A DNA stretch of 64,000 nt from Phoronis australis (lineage: Eukaryota > Animalia > Phoronida), in the NCBI GenBank assembly GCA_002633005.1, contig NMRA01001035.1, positions 1 to 64,000 on the forward strand, written 5' to 3'. Made by a program: the position numbers and the translations under genes. Under the pieces are notes generated by a model. It was not told the DNA's origin and made no database searches. It was given only the letters and a program-made list of their open reading frames with translations. Positions 25,037 through 38,360 of the stretch are shown piece after piece; the first letter of the stretch is position 1, and each line of letters opens with the position of its first letter.

Positions 25037-28000
25037 CTAGCGACACGAGAGACACGTGAATAAGTGAGAACCAATCAACAACATTGTAGGCAGAGGAAAA
25101 CTGTTTAAGAAACATTACTGTATGCACTGAGTTCATAACATACCAATATATTCCAAGTAATAGTACATGTTGAACCACAACACAAAAAGTTGTGGCTAAG
25201 TCACTGCCAAAACAACTGGCACGCCAAATTGTAAGTTGTAAAATAGCAATACATCGAAGGTTAGGTCTTTCACAGAAGGGGGTAGGCATTCACAGCAGCT
25301 TCAATAGGAAAAATATGCAATCCCCCCTCCCCTTCGACTCAACATACCCCAAACTTGTTGCGCGCCATAAGTACACCCTGTCCCAGACAGTACATCATGG
25401 CCCGGGCATTAAGCTGACTCGTCGTCCAGTCCTTCTCCAGGTTGGCTATGTACAATGTGTGCGGTGTCAGGAGGCTTCGTCCGTGTTTCCACCCTACATA
25501 ACAATGACTATTAGCTCTTTCTGCAACTTACTACCAAAATGATGACACAGATCAATTCTTAAGGTTATCTCAAACCGTATTTAGTGGCCTCCGTTCTAAC
25601 TAGTATATCAAAAATCTAAGCTTTGTCAACTGGTAAAACTGTATACTTTCTGAAAGAAAAAAGATCAGGGAATATAAAATAATTTTTGTATTTATGTACC
25701 ATTATTACCATTACGTAAATACCTTTTCTAAGCCAAGGTAGAAAGGTACATTCATAGCAAATAACCCCTCAGTCGCTTTTAATGAAACCTTTTTTAAATG
25801 AAAACTTCACCAGTTACATCAAAATGATGCTAGGAATTTTCGATTTAGTGTTTTCGTTAGATTTCTATGACAAATCAACTCGCAAAGCATAAAGTATTTT
25901 TGTCTTTGTTACATTATGCAAAAACTAGGTCTTTATATTGAAAATCCAAACAGTTTTTTTAGAGTGATGACTAAATATTAAATTTGGAAAGTTTCAGCGA
26001 AATCCACCAAACCGTTTTTGAGAACTCGTGTTCCTAAGTTCAAATGAAGTCGATTTGCCGAAGCTGAGAAAAAGCCGATTAAGCTGGGATGAGTAAAAAT
26101 CTCATAGTCTTCGGTTAATTATTTAGTGAAAACTTGTTTTCGATAAACGTAACCTATACATGCCTTAACTATGTTAGCTATTTCAACATCCATCGGCAAT
26201 GTCAACTGAATTTGCAGTGCATAGTTAACTTAATTATCATTAAAACACTGTTCCCAGCTTGATTAGGCATAGGTGTTACTCTTGTTCATTGTTCACAGTT
26301 TATTGTTATACACTTTGTCTGTCACTACACGTCACATGCCAGGAGACTGATAGAAAACCAAGTAAGAAATGGATAACAAAAATCGAATCGGTGGTTAAAG
26401 AATGTTGATAGCATGAGATTGAAACATCGAAATGTCAATTCATTAATTGACTTAAAGAATTTGGTTGAAGATTTATCTCTTTTCACAACTTGCTGTGTTC
26501 ATGACTACAGAGGTAGAATTCGTTCTCAATGCCAATGGTTGTATGAACTGTAGACGCACAACTCCCTCAGGGTCAAAACAGTACATTTAGTCTTTGTTTC
26601 CCTGGCACTATTCTATCATAAGTACGCCTCGATGGCTCAATGTTACAGCGACTTGGTGAACGAAAGGACTGAGGGTATACGAAGCTGCACTGTATCTGGC
26701 AGAAGATTCGATTTGAGTGACAGCCCTTTAACCTTTGACCTCAGATAAGTAGTAAACAAATATCCAAGCGGTTGTGCTGTTCCAACGTGATTCTGCTAAA
26801 CTTTTTTTTTCGTACTACGCGATTTACATTTAGTATTTGAAGTTCCCCGAGAATAACGATAAGGTATTTTGCAAGACACATGTGAAATATTGTAAAATGG
26901 TCAATTTTTGTGAATAAGGTTTGAGATATCCTTAAATGACTCTCTCAATAGCAAAACTCCACAGAGTGTGATTAATGTAAGGCCTTATACATGGTTTCTA
27001 TAAAATTTCAGCAACACTTGATGACACATTCATGAACAACAACAATTGAATAACACTTTTTCATCACTTGAAAGGAAACAAGATCCGAATACCACCTCAG
27101 CAGGCATCTAAAGAAAGCCCGCTCTCAACAGCATTCAGACAAAAATATTTTTCCTATACCTGTCACAAAGTCGGAGACATAGATGTTCTTCTTGACCAGA
27201 TCTATGGTCGGTAGGAGAGGGAATATGTCCGGTAGCTTGTACACGCTTGTAGCGTCCACATCACTAGTACTGGCCATAGGGGGCAGAGGTCTGGCGGTGG
27301 ACAGAAGGTACTTGAACTGACCATTCACATTCACCATCTTGTTGCCTGCACAAAGGGGAGTCTTAGCATCACTGGTTTAGGATGTACCAGTTTCAAGTCA
27401 TATAGATTGCATTCACATACCAACTTAATTTAGCAACGTCAAATTTCCGCAGCACTTATCAGGGGTGCATTGCAAAAAGAATGTAAAAAAGGTCATCAGC
27501 TCGCATCCTTAAGAACATCGGCAAAATGCCAGCCACTGAAGTGATTAGTCAGCGAGGTTGGAATGCAAGAACTGTACATGCAAACAAACACCCGATTTCC
27601 GTTACACAAACCAACACTTCTCGCAGCAAATGCAGGACAAGAGACTTGCAATACAGGGTGCACCCATGTTGCCCCTATCAGATCCATACTGGCTGGCTTC
27701 CAAAAAAATTATTTTCAGCGCAAAGAGAAAAATAAATGGATAGATCTTGCAAATTTGAACACAATGGTGAAATCTTAATTGCCCAAGAAATCTTCATCAA
27801 ACTAAACAATGTTTTTCAACAAAAGTGAAGTCACTAAAATCAATGAAGTTAGCAACATGTAATTCTTCGAGATGTAATTTGTTCCCACAATCCTTTTCAA
27901 GGTTGTCACAAGATTTTACCCATGAAAAGCCTGCTCACTTTTACCTTTCAACAAACTAAAAAAATTTTAAAATGATGCTTAATTTTGGGAATCCATGGTC

Positions 28001-31000
28001 ACTGAAATGGATAAGTTTTCGAAAACTAAAGGTAAGCATAGCAGATGAAACGCGTCAGTATTCTAAACTAAGTTTAGTGACTGTCTTAACAACCTGCAGT
28101 ATGATTAGGCAAATTTACGCGAACTTAGCATTTTTCATCTGCCTGGGATTTCTCCTTCAATATTGAGAACATATTATTGTTTGGAAATAAAAATTGAAAC
28201 ATTGTAAACTACATTCATACTAGAAGTTTTGGGTTGAACACTGTGGCAGGCACAAAAAACACCTGGGGTGAATTTTTAGTTAAAAAGTCACATGGTTATA
28301 CATCAGATGTCAACAAACTCTAACACAGAAAACAGTTCACCATAGTGAAGACTGCAAGCAAACTTTACCAACTCACCTGTGAGTCACCTCCTAAATTAAA
28401 TACAAAATGGAAGAGGTTTATAGCACCTTCTGTAATGATCCTTGAATCATTATGGAAAATGAAGTGTGCAGCTAAAGACCAAAACTTTTGCAAAGTGTTA
28501 GGCCACATTTAATTAGGTCAATACTTTACCTTTGAAAAAGTAATGTGCAGCCATAACGTGGTCCTCTGTCAGACTGCGGTCAGTGAGCAGAGACGGATAT
28601 CGGCCTCCCAACTTCTGACACAGACGCAACAAATCAGCCAACAGAGTTTCCCTGCAACAAATGAGATTTCCAAAGGAGAAGACTTATTGAGATTCACATA
28701 TTGGGAAAGAGCTATATTACTCATTATTTAATTACACAACTCACAAAGAATAGTTGTGGCACATATACAAATTACATAATAGCCATAATTTAGACACACA
28801 TATACATTTAATATTATGTAATTCTATCTATCTTTACTCTAGTCACACTCTAGTCATGACTAATTATTTAGTCACTGATTAGACATGACTTAAGTTTTAG
28901 TCACAGCTAGCCTGGGGTAAAGGTTGTTATGTAAACTTATTTGCTAGGGGCACGTGTCAGTCACTAACACAGCCCTGCCAATCAACTAACATTAAACCAA
29001 ATCCTCTCAACATTCTGCCTATTGAAGAATCATTATTACAGATTCAAACCTTGAAAGTACTGAGACTACTGGTAGCGTCCATCTACCAACAAGAGTGAAC
29101 AACAAGCTGTTCTGTTAACCAGTACAGAGGAATAAGGGTATATAAGAGTTGCAGGTGATTACCTGGGCTGCGTTCTGTAGACGCAAAAACCTCACGAGTT
29201 AAGCTAGAGTGGTCATGTGACTCCGATGTAATGCATGAAAATATCTCATGATGCCAATAGAAGCATGTACTCTCCAGTCAGATTACCTCCATATGAGGAA
29301 CTTTTAAATTAGATGCCCTTGAAAAAATCACAACATTATCTACTAATATCAGCCTTCAAAATCAATGGTATGTGACCATTTCTGCTTTTGTTAACGGGGC
29401 AGCCCTTACTCGGAAGTTGTCTCTGCCTATTTTTGAGCAGACTCGTAAAATCTAATTGGTTTCCATATAGTTTGACAGCTTTTTTGATACAACTGATAGA
29501 CAAGATGGTCTCGCGTCCTGGTGATTGCCACATGCAAGAAATGACATATTTTATCAACAAATGCACAGCACTTACACAATCAGTTGGTCTGGAATGCCGA
29601 TTTCTGCTTTAAATTTCCATCGAGGCAAATCAGGGTTGAACCTGCGCGGCAGTTTCTCTTGTGTAGGATTCCAAAGATTAGCGTGGAAAATGTACCTCTG
29701 TACAAGAGTGTCCTGGAAATACACAATAGTCACGATGAAGTTACACCATGATAGCAATTCATGGATATCCCAGGAAAACCAAGCAAAATTAGACAAAATC
29801 TAACCAAACTAGCTACATGTTGATAATTCTCTACAGCTGGAGGGTTGAAATTAATGCTTTATAGGGTGTACTTCCAAATGGCACTTGTCCGTTACTTGGA
29901 CACTTCGCAGTTAACAGTGACTTATTATGCTGTGTAATGAGTGAACTGTCAAATTATAGAGGTTCTGATTACCAAAACTCAAAACCACTGTTAATCCTTT
30001 CTTGGTTTAGACACACATCTACTCCCCTGGTCATCTAGCTACTAAGTAATTCCACTCACCTGGTCAGGTAACAACAATAATCTTGAGTAGTGCCACTCTC
30101 CTGGTCAGGTAGCGTCACTTACCTATTCATGTATTATCAATCTTCTCTACAGTCAGGTATTTATGCCCAACTGGGCCTCGTTTTATGAAATGTCATAACC
30201 CTGGTCACAGTTTAGACAATCACAGGCATCCCACACGAAACACTGTATGTTCTAAAAGTAAACCGTTGCAACTGACACTGATAATTTTTCATAGTCAGAC
30301 TTATTAACCACCTCCAGGCACAGAGAAAATTGACATCAAAAGTTATGACTGTCTTTACAACTCGCCCCAGTTAATGTAAGAGCACTTAATACCTAGTCAG
30401 GTATTTCTACTCAGCTACACTGGCAGTTCCACTCACCTGATCAGGCAGTTCTACTTTGCCCACCAGATCTTGTACTTCAGCAGGAAGCCCAGTCATTGGT
30501 TTGGACTTGGTAAGAATGAGAGCTTGCTTGACTCCTGTGAAAGGAACACCATTCTATGCAATGATATATAGACTCATGAGCTAGAGATATGTTACTTTAC
30601 AAAACAGAGCACTTGCCACTAGAACAGTTTGGGTCGTGGTCACAGGTATTATATCCTAACTGAAAATTTAGGAATGAAAAAGTTGCCTTGACGGCTACTT
30701 TTGACAAGTTTATAGGCTGACAAGTCTATTATCAGACTCTGCCACTATTGATGCAAAACGCAACTTGTCCGATATTTAAGAAACATTAAGAACGAAAAAA
30801 TTGCCTATGTCTCAGCTTTCAGAATCAAGAAAAATTCGAATCTGACTTGGAATTTCAGTGTACCAAAATTTACAGATTGATCCAAACTAGAGAATTTTTT
30901 CTGTAACACTTTATGTACAGTACTTTTTCACAGGCAGAATGTTTCAAAGAAAACGTGACTTAGATGGGTACACAAATCTAAGTCTTGCTAAATCATTTTA

Positions 31001-31869
31001 GTCGACATTCCTACAACAGTGAACAAGTCAGTCATACCTTCCAATATCTTAGTGTCCATGTCCATACACAGGGCTTGTTCATCATGCCAGTTGATGTCAT
31101 CCTGGGGATCTTTGGCTGGATAGAACTTTGCAAACCTTGGATCGTCTTCCACAGGCGGTGTCCATCGTGGAAGGTCAGGCTTTGGTGGCCAGTTGTCACT
31201 GTCTATTACTTCAACACCTTTAGTGAACAGAAACAAACAAAAGCTATGTTCCCATGCCAATCAGTTCAGAAAAAGGGAAATCTTTTCAGTCTCTAATTTA
31301 ATGTTGTAAAGCCAGTGAAAACATGGTACATTAAGTTTTGGCATTCTTATAACCAATTACCTGACCTGATAGGAAATTGCATTTGACCAGAGTAAGAAAC
31401 AATTAAGACCAGCTTCTTTTGGCAAAAAATGAGCACAATAGTCCCTCCAGCGAGTTCACTGTGGAGCAATGACAAACTGTAAAGATCATCTCAAGCCTAG
31501 CAGCCAAAGAACAAGATGAAATCGAGTTCTCATTTCTAATATTTGTTGCTTAACTACAGTATTTACATATTAGTACAAAGATCTGTCAAAAGACACTGGA
31601 GCTAAAGGCACTGTAAGGACAAAGATATCAAGAATATTTGAAATGTAACAAATTTCGGGAATGAGTTCAAATCACTCCCAAAAAAGTTCTGAGGAGCACA
31701 TGTAATTATGTAATTCTAGAGGAAAACTCTGAACTATAAATACTACACCTCTTTCAATGAGCGGTTTGGGTAGGCCAACTGGGTTAAGCCGCATCACTCC
31801 AGCTTTCTTCCAAAGTCGCTTCCATTTGAAAGGATATCTTTTCTTGAGTAGGGTCACTGTCAACCTCAT
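24767..31869 (-). CDS. MRPL37: Mitochondrial large-subunit ribosomal protein mL37, 8 coding exons, 419 aa
   Basis: GT-AG exons 31869-31749, 31217-31038, 30534-30437, 29712-29576, 28651-28530, 27345-27160, 25493-25348 and 25036-24767 total 1260 nt with consistent phases. Motifs EGVKQALILTK, PHTLY, FQLNTLD...GIKNIFWLDSD and FRKFLAMYLHGA match MRPL37 as I recall it. Confidence 0.92.
25348..25493 (-). CDS. MRPL37: MRPL37 coding exon 7
   Basis: Encodes GWKHGRSLLTPHTLYIAN...ARNKFG|gtatg. Confidence 0.88.
25563..26931. mobile_element. Non-autonomous Kolobok-type DNA transposon inside an MRPL37 intron
   Basis: TTAA|ggttatctcaaacc...ggtttgagatatcc|TTAA; 13/14 TIR match. Confidence 0.75.
27160..27345 (-). 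CDS. MRPL37: MRPL37 coding exon 6
   Basis: Encodes GNKMVNVNG...PLPPMAS...FPLLPTIDLVKKNIY...VTG. Confidence 0.88.
28530..28651 (-). CDS. MRPL37: MRPL37 coding exon 5
   Basis: Encodes ETLLADLLRLCQKLGGRYPSLLTDR...HYFFK|gtaaag. Confidence 0.85.
29576..29712 (-). CDS. MRPL37: MRPL37 coding exon 4
   Basis: Encodes DTLVQRYIFHANLWNPTQEKLPRR...|gtaagt. Confidence 0.85.
30171..30370. mobile_element. Harbinger-type MITE in an MRPL37 intron
   Basis: ctgggcctcgttttatgaaatgtcataac...gttatgactgtctttacaactcgccccag. Confidence 0.5.
30437..30534 (-). CDS. MRPL37: MRPL37 coding exon 3
   Basis: Encodes GVKQALILTKSKPMTGLPAEV...PDQ|gtgagt. Confidence 0.88.
31038..31217 (-). CDS. MRPL37: MRPL37 coding exon 2
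   Basis: Encodes GVEVIDSDNWPPKPDLPRW...WHDEQALCMDMDTKILEG|gtatg. Confidence 0.82.
31749..31869 (-). CDS. MRPL37: MRPL37 coding exon 1 (basic N-terminus resembling a mitochondrial targeting peptide)
   Basis: Encodes MRLTVTLLKKRYPFKWKRLWKKAG...; an acceptor just upstream implies a further 5' UTR exon. Confidence 0.75.
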
Positions 31870-33536
31870 TCTACTTTGTCTAAAATAAATGTACAGCAAC
31901 TTTACAACCCAAGGTTGCAGTAGGCGAATTTATTTAGTTAATTTCCACACAGTTACAATCAAAATCAGAACAAAACCCATTGATGCTTAACCCTGCACAA
32001 GCTAAATTTTACATCTGTTACTAACATTAAGAACATCAAAACCAATGAGCACACAAGAAAATGCTTTAGACCAACCCTAAAATTGCGAATCGGAAAATGG
32101 CAAAGCCAAGCATTACCTATGAAACGAATCCTATCCCTACAATGAATATTACAAGTTGATCTTAGGAGAGTAGGACTCACTTCAATGAAATGCAGCTTGA
32201 AGAATACTCTTCAAAGATTGACGTGGTAGTTTTTTTTACAAATCTTGACACCTAAATTTCTGATGGTCCAACACAAGCAAACACCCAGTTAAATTTCTGC
32301 TAAATTCTTCAATAAATTTACTAATTTTCTGCAGAATATCCAAGTTTCAAGTTTGTCCTTTTCATAAAAATCGGCTGTCCAAAGCATATGATGTATACCA
32401 TAATTATATACTGCAATCATTAATTACATAGCATCCAGTCCGTGATTGGAATCGTACTGCTGTTCTCATGTGAACATTGCCTGAAATTATCCCAGTATTT
32501 TTTCAGACAAATTTTTACTATGACATTTTTGCATTGGGACACAAATTTGCTAGGAGTGCCACCACATTTCACAGGATTAATCTAGGAGAAAATTTATTAA
32601 AGGTAGCTACAATGTATCCAATGCAATTGAAATTCCCAGCCAGCCTGCTTTTGGACAATGGCAGTATTGTAGCTCGTGCTCAGACCCTTATCAGGTGCTG
32701 TCAGTCTCATAGATGTTTTTTCAGACCTGCCAATAGAGGCTACAAAACTTGCTAGGATTCTCAGTTGCATGGGGACACAACAGATTAGTGGAAACAATTC
32801 CTGTAAAAATATACCTGAAACATATCTGTGATTCTGAAATACCTGGGAACATGACTAAATTTGTTTCTGTCCAACACTTTGAGGACTGTGTTAAAGCAGA
32901 TGTGACTACCCTCAACATGCCTTCAATATCAAAGTTAACAGTAAGCCAGGAGTTGGATATCTCCATCAAAACATGGCAGGGACATGAGGTTTGAGCAACA
33001 ACTGCAGTTATCCTGGATGGGTTGGCTCATGTCACCAGTCATGCCCATAGGTCAGAACACACCATGCACAGCTGCAGTGGAGATCATACTGAACTGTTGT
33101 ACATAGTTTCCCACCTTCCATATTTCAGGATGTACAGCTCAGGTGACCATGACACTTTCATAGTACCAAATTATTGTGGTCACAAAAACTTCAGGAACAA
33201 CCATCTCCTCCTCTAGGTCAAGGTCCTTCATCCTAAAATTCTGTCTCATTTCCTAGACATTATAAGTTAATATCCATTTTGCATAGAGAACTTTAACCAG
33301 GTGTGCTTTATTCTGTAATATGCAGAATGCTGAGTGACATGGAAAGAATTGATCCCAGCACTAAAAGTAGAGTCATGATATGTCTTCCTTAGTAGTCTCA
33401 GTCAGTTATTAGTGTGTTGGTTCAACAGCAACTCTCTTCATCTCCAAAATATGAAGTTCTTTGGTTTCCGATTCAATAAGTGGCATGTTCAGGAACAAAT
33501 GAATGTGACCTTGATACTGCATTGATTTCTTTGGCA

Positions 33537-33561
33537 TATATATATATATATATATATATAT
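33537..33561. repeat. (TA)n microsatellite
   Basis: Visible directly in the sequence. Confidence 0.9.
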
Positions 33562-34699
33562 TACAGTTCACAAGGCTCTGACTTCGCCCAACTCTGGTCC
33601 ATTGAGGTTTTTTCAAAGGTGTGCTTTCCATGGTCATCGTCATGGTGCTTAAAGCTGGCTGCCCGCAACAGCAGTAGTTTTACTTTGCGAGAGCTCTTGA
33701 GTGGATCCATGAACAACCACAGTGACAGGTACAGGTCAAGACATATATGAATGAACTTGACAAAGGCACAACCGCTATACTGGTAGCTAAGGTTCTCGTG
33801 ACTTCATACATTTTCCAGGAACGAAGTCCCATTGCTAACGGCAAATCTCAAGACTACTTTTTTGTTCAAGGCACTTGTCCATAACAACAACAAGCAGAAT
33901 GCTCGGAGCAATGTCGCATAAGTACCGAAAACACAACACTTTGATCCCTTGAAAATCCAAGGATGATTTGAATTTTAATGAATGTCTCCTCACTTCTTCT
34001 CAGGTTCTTCACAGATCAATCAAGAAGACCATCCACAGGTAGTATGTTGACCTGCGAGCATGCATCAGACAAGTTCCAAGAGCCATCACTATCAGTAGCT
34101 TATGCATAGCGAAACAATATTAACTTACTGCAGGCAACTGTTAAGAGCAGTCACAAACTACACAAAAGTCATCAAAAAGGAAAAACAAACACCGAGCCTC
34201 CAACTTAAAACAGGCTGTTTACATGTGAATGGCAAATACATGTACAATAAAGACAGTACAGAACATCACCAATGTTTCATTTATCAAAAAAAGTTTACAT
34301 AGTGGCTCACTGAGCAATGAAAGTAAAACTGCAAAAGGACCAAACTCAAAATTCAATGACAGTACTCTTACCAACACTGAGTGAGGAATAAAGGAAACTC
34401 CTGGGATTTTACAACATTTAGACAAACCATAAAGCCTAAAAAGATAGTTATTAGATAAAATACATAACAACAAACCATTTTCGCAAATTCAAACATTCTA
34501 ACATCAAGCATTCCCGAAACCGAAACGTGACATCACACTAGTTTTTGAAATTCTACCAGCTGAATAGAGAATTGTCAATCAACGAGAGTATGATGGGGTT
34601 TAAAGGTCGCATCAGTTTTTGTGAATACATGCTCTCAAAGAGAACATGCTTCGGCATAAAGAACTGAGTGCTAAATGAAAGCGCAAGTGGTAAAACTCT

Positions 34700-37600
34700 G
34701 CGCATAACACCATATGCTGGTTAGGAAAATGACATTGACGCTACTGACAGTATGGCAACTCGTGTTGTGTTAAAATTACTCAATGGCCATCAGCCAGTCA
34801 AGTCTCTAAGCATCTCCTGGACTGTCCACACGGTCCACATCTCGTACCATAAAATACAAGGGCGTACTTGAACTGTATCGAGAGAACAACTTCAGTGCAG
34901 CAGATGCTGTTAATTCTATCACTTGTGAACATGACAGTAAGGATGAAGATGAGCTTTCTACAAAGATACAGGAAGTTTATACAAGATTCACAAAAGTGAA
35001 CAAGAGTTCCAAGTACAAAAAAGACAGGTGAATCTGAGGGTGTTCTACAAGAAGACTTTCAAATTTAAAAACACCCTCAAGCTTCTCATCAGAAGACTCC
35101 ACAACCATCAACATCACAGCATTCAATCCCTTGGCCATTGAGCGTCTCCGAGACAATAAGACTGTCCACATTTCGTTATGTCTCTCCAAAGTGATCAAGT
35201 CACTCTAGGCCATCATCGCACCACTCAATATTAAAGCCATCAGAACTCCATCATATAATTGATGATCTGGCACACAAGCTTCATGAAACTAAAAGAAAAG
35301 TGCAAAGACTTGAGACTGAAACACAACAGTTGTTTAAAGTGAAATACCACCACAAAGCCAGAGAAGCCAAAGACTTGAAAAGTCAGGTGGAAGGTAATGG
35401 TCAGAAGCTTAAACGAAAGTCAAGTCAAGTGCAGTATGAAAGGGAAACAAACTTTCACAGAAAGATTGAAAAGCAGAAAGAAAAAAAAGAGAGAAGTTGT
35501 TGGAGGACAATAAGAAAACAGTTGAAGCGGTGGAACAAGAGTTTGATGATAGCTAACAGTATGTTAGACGAATAAGTAGTCAACAACCAGGATACCAACG
35601 TTGGATACTGGGAGACAGTTCAGCAACCAAATGAATGAAAGTGCATATAATTTATAGCAAGAAAACGTGTCATCTGGAAACATCCCTCGTGTAATCTCAT
35701 CAGTCTTAAAGTTAGCCCGCTTGGAAGCAACTGATTGCCCCATTAACAAATAAAATGTTGTATGCCTTGGGTAGGCAGCTGCATCCTTCTGCTGCATCTA
35801 TGACAGATTGTCACCCACCTTTACAGTTCAACGGGATAGTACATAACTTTTGTATTTATCAATGTCTGTAGTAGTTTAGTTTGTCATAACATACATGACC
35901 TTTTATCTCACCTACACATGTTGTTTCACTGTAAACTAGCTTCAGTATCACTTCGCAGTTAGCGCATATAAATATTATTTAAGTATTTTTACTAATTATT
36001 AAATTTATGTAAGCTTGACTGCTTTCTCCTCATTGTCATATTATTTGGATTCTCGGGTCCGTGACCTTCTTTGTTCTATGATTATTGGTTTAATTGTACC
36101 ACGTGATTTCTTTGTCTTGTCGCAACACTGGGCCATCGTCCCTAATTCTCTTCAAGTTTCCAGTTTTCAGTCAATTTCTATTTCCTCCCTCCCTCAAACC
36201 AATTTTCTTTCCTTCCCTGTTTACACTCAATTTTCACATGTCGCTGTCACGGTGTTGCGATGTTGCTTTGGCATATTGTTAATATCTTTCTAGTACAGCA
36301 CTTGTGTATTCCTTCATTGCTTCATTGTGCCTCCCATACAGCAGTTCAGTTGTCTGGCAGATTGTCACTCGCCTTTACAGCTCAACATATTATACAAGTT
36401 TTGTAATTATCGATATCTGTAGTAGTTTAGTTTGTCATAATATATATGACCTTTTATCTCACATACACATGTTGTTTCACTGTAAACGAGCTTCGGTATC
36501 ACTTCGCAGGTAGCTCATATAAAAATCTTGTATGTCTACAGCCACAGCTTGCTGAGGTTGTTCAGTCCAAAAAATTTTTTCCTCTCGATCTGCTTCCAGA
36601 CCAAACATAAAAATTCAGCAAGAAGTACCAGGGTTTCCACATCAATGACATCATTGGCGACATGTACACCCTTGATCCTTGCCAACTCGTCACCAAATCA
36701 TCACAAGACACACTCATATATTTCAAGAAATTTTGGCGGACATCGAAACAACATCTGTCTCATCATCATCACAAACATCAAAGAAACTTCTATTCAACAT
36801 CAATGCTACCATTTCTGACAGAGCTGCGACACAAATGAAATTCTACGAACTGCTGTTTGAATATCGAAGAGACATCCTACCACGATTGAAAATTTGAGAA
36901 ATTGGACAAAAATGAACAGCTGGCGGTCAGCCAGATTTCTAACTTTTCCTGTGGCCTGCAATCACACGATCACATGGCAGAGGCTACATCCTCATCTTTC
37001 CCTGAAGTACAGAAAGGCTTCTTCTATCACTCATTTCCCATTCTGAACTCATCTTTCTTGAGGTTGATTGAATCCGGCACATCATGCCTCATTCACATAG
37101 CTTCAAAGGCCATTGCAAGACAAGCTGATGAGAAGAATGGTTGTCACAATGAGCTGCCTTGCAGTATTTGCTAAAGAGCTTCTGACCAACCAGTCCTTAA
37201 ATCTTTGTCCATGGAACAGTATCGTGGAGCCCATTTCAACACCCTAATCTCCAATGTTGCTACCTTATTTGTCCTTTCTGGGTATCTCTAATATTATCTC
37301 TTTGTCAAATGAACTTCTTAAAGCAGTGAAGCATGACCTTCACCAGTATCTGGCAGGTTGCAATGCTCTTGGTCTCATCTGTCATCTCATCACCTCTGTC
37401 CTCTGGATCATCATTGGAGACAAACGTATCCATAATCTCGATGCCTCAACACACTATCAGGAATTGCTGACTTATATCAATCAATGTAGTAGTAGGGTAG
37501 ATCTTACACAGGGGGATTGTTGTCATTTTGCAGCCAGTGCACACTAGAGACCAGCCCTATCTTTGCCAGCCTGGTTGCTCTATGAGAACAGGTGATATTA

Positions 37601-38360
37601 GGATGCATGTTGCCAGCCTTGTCTGCAGTTGTACAGCGATTGTTCGTGGACGACCTTGAAGGTCGGAAGTGGTGCACACTACCTGAGAAGGAAGTGAAAG
37701 ACCTCCGGAGGAAGACAGTTGGCCTACCCAAGCACAATGAATACTCAGAATCTATGTTTGGTAATTTTGACCGAATTCTGAGGGAAATGCCAGCTGTTAA
37801 TACCCTGTGCACAGATAGTTACATCATGTATTGCCATGACAAGACCCACCAGTGGTTGCAAGCCAAGTCTGACATAAAGAAAGCAAAACTTCATGAAGAA
37901 GCTAGAAGCCAAGTGAGGGCACCAAGGCAGCTGTTTAAGAGCAGGGAGAATGAGATCAGAGGGAGACAGAGAGAAGGAGAACACTAGAGCAAAGAAATTA
38001 CGTCAGATGGAAGAATTCACAACTGAAATGATTGTATGGGGACTGTGGCAGAGACAGAAAGAGGTGGAAGTGAGACTGAAAGGGTTGAAATCCATCAAAG
38101 ACAAGACCAGAGCTTAGAAAGCCCAGTTAAACTTTCAGAAACATGTCATCAATCAGCCTATTGATTCACCAAGGCGCATAATAGGTGATGAATTTTTCTC
38201 ACCTGAGGAATCGGTAGCAAACAGGAAAACCTTGATAAAGTATTCAAGGCCAGAAGTGCATCCAACAACGTTGAATTTTCTGGTTGGCAAGAATGTTCGT
38301 CACAATTTTGCTAAAGTTGAGGACCAGGTTCGGCATCATGACCGTAATTTCTCAGGTTAG
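34700..38360 (+). mobile_element. Degenerate large DDE transposase gene (hAT-like fold, family unassigned), interrupted by a Penelope fragment
   Basis: Frameshifted motifs NVSSGNIPRVISSVLKLA, ATISDRAATQMKF, NFSCGLQS (CxxH-like), RGAHFN, LAGCNALGLI, PKHNEYSESMFG. Confidence 0.6.
35798..36527 (-). mobile_element. Penelope-like retroelement 3' fragment with about 170-bp direct terminal repeats
   Basis: Direct repeat 35803-35975 vs 36358-36525. The internal minus strand reads KEYTSAVL...ENWFEGGREEIEI..NLKRIRDDG..W, resembling the GIY-YIG C-terminus. Confidence 0.55.

Noticed and set aside
32450-33200. Possible Penelope RT remnant (KADVTTL)
   Set aside because: Similarity is too weak to support without a search.
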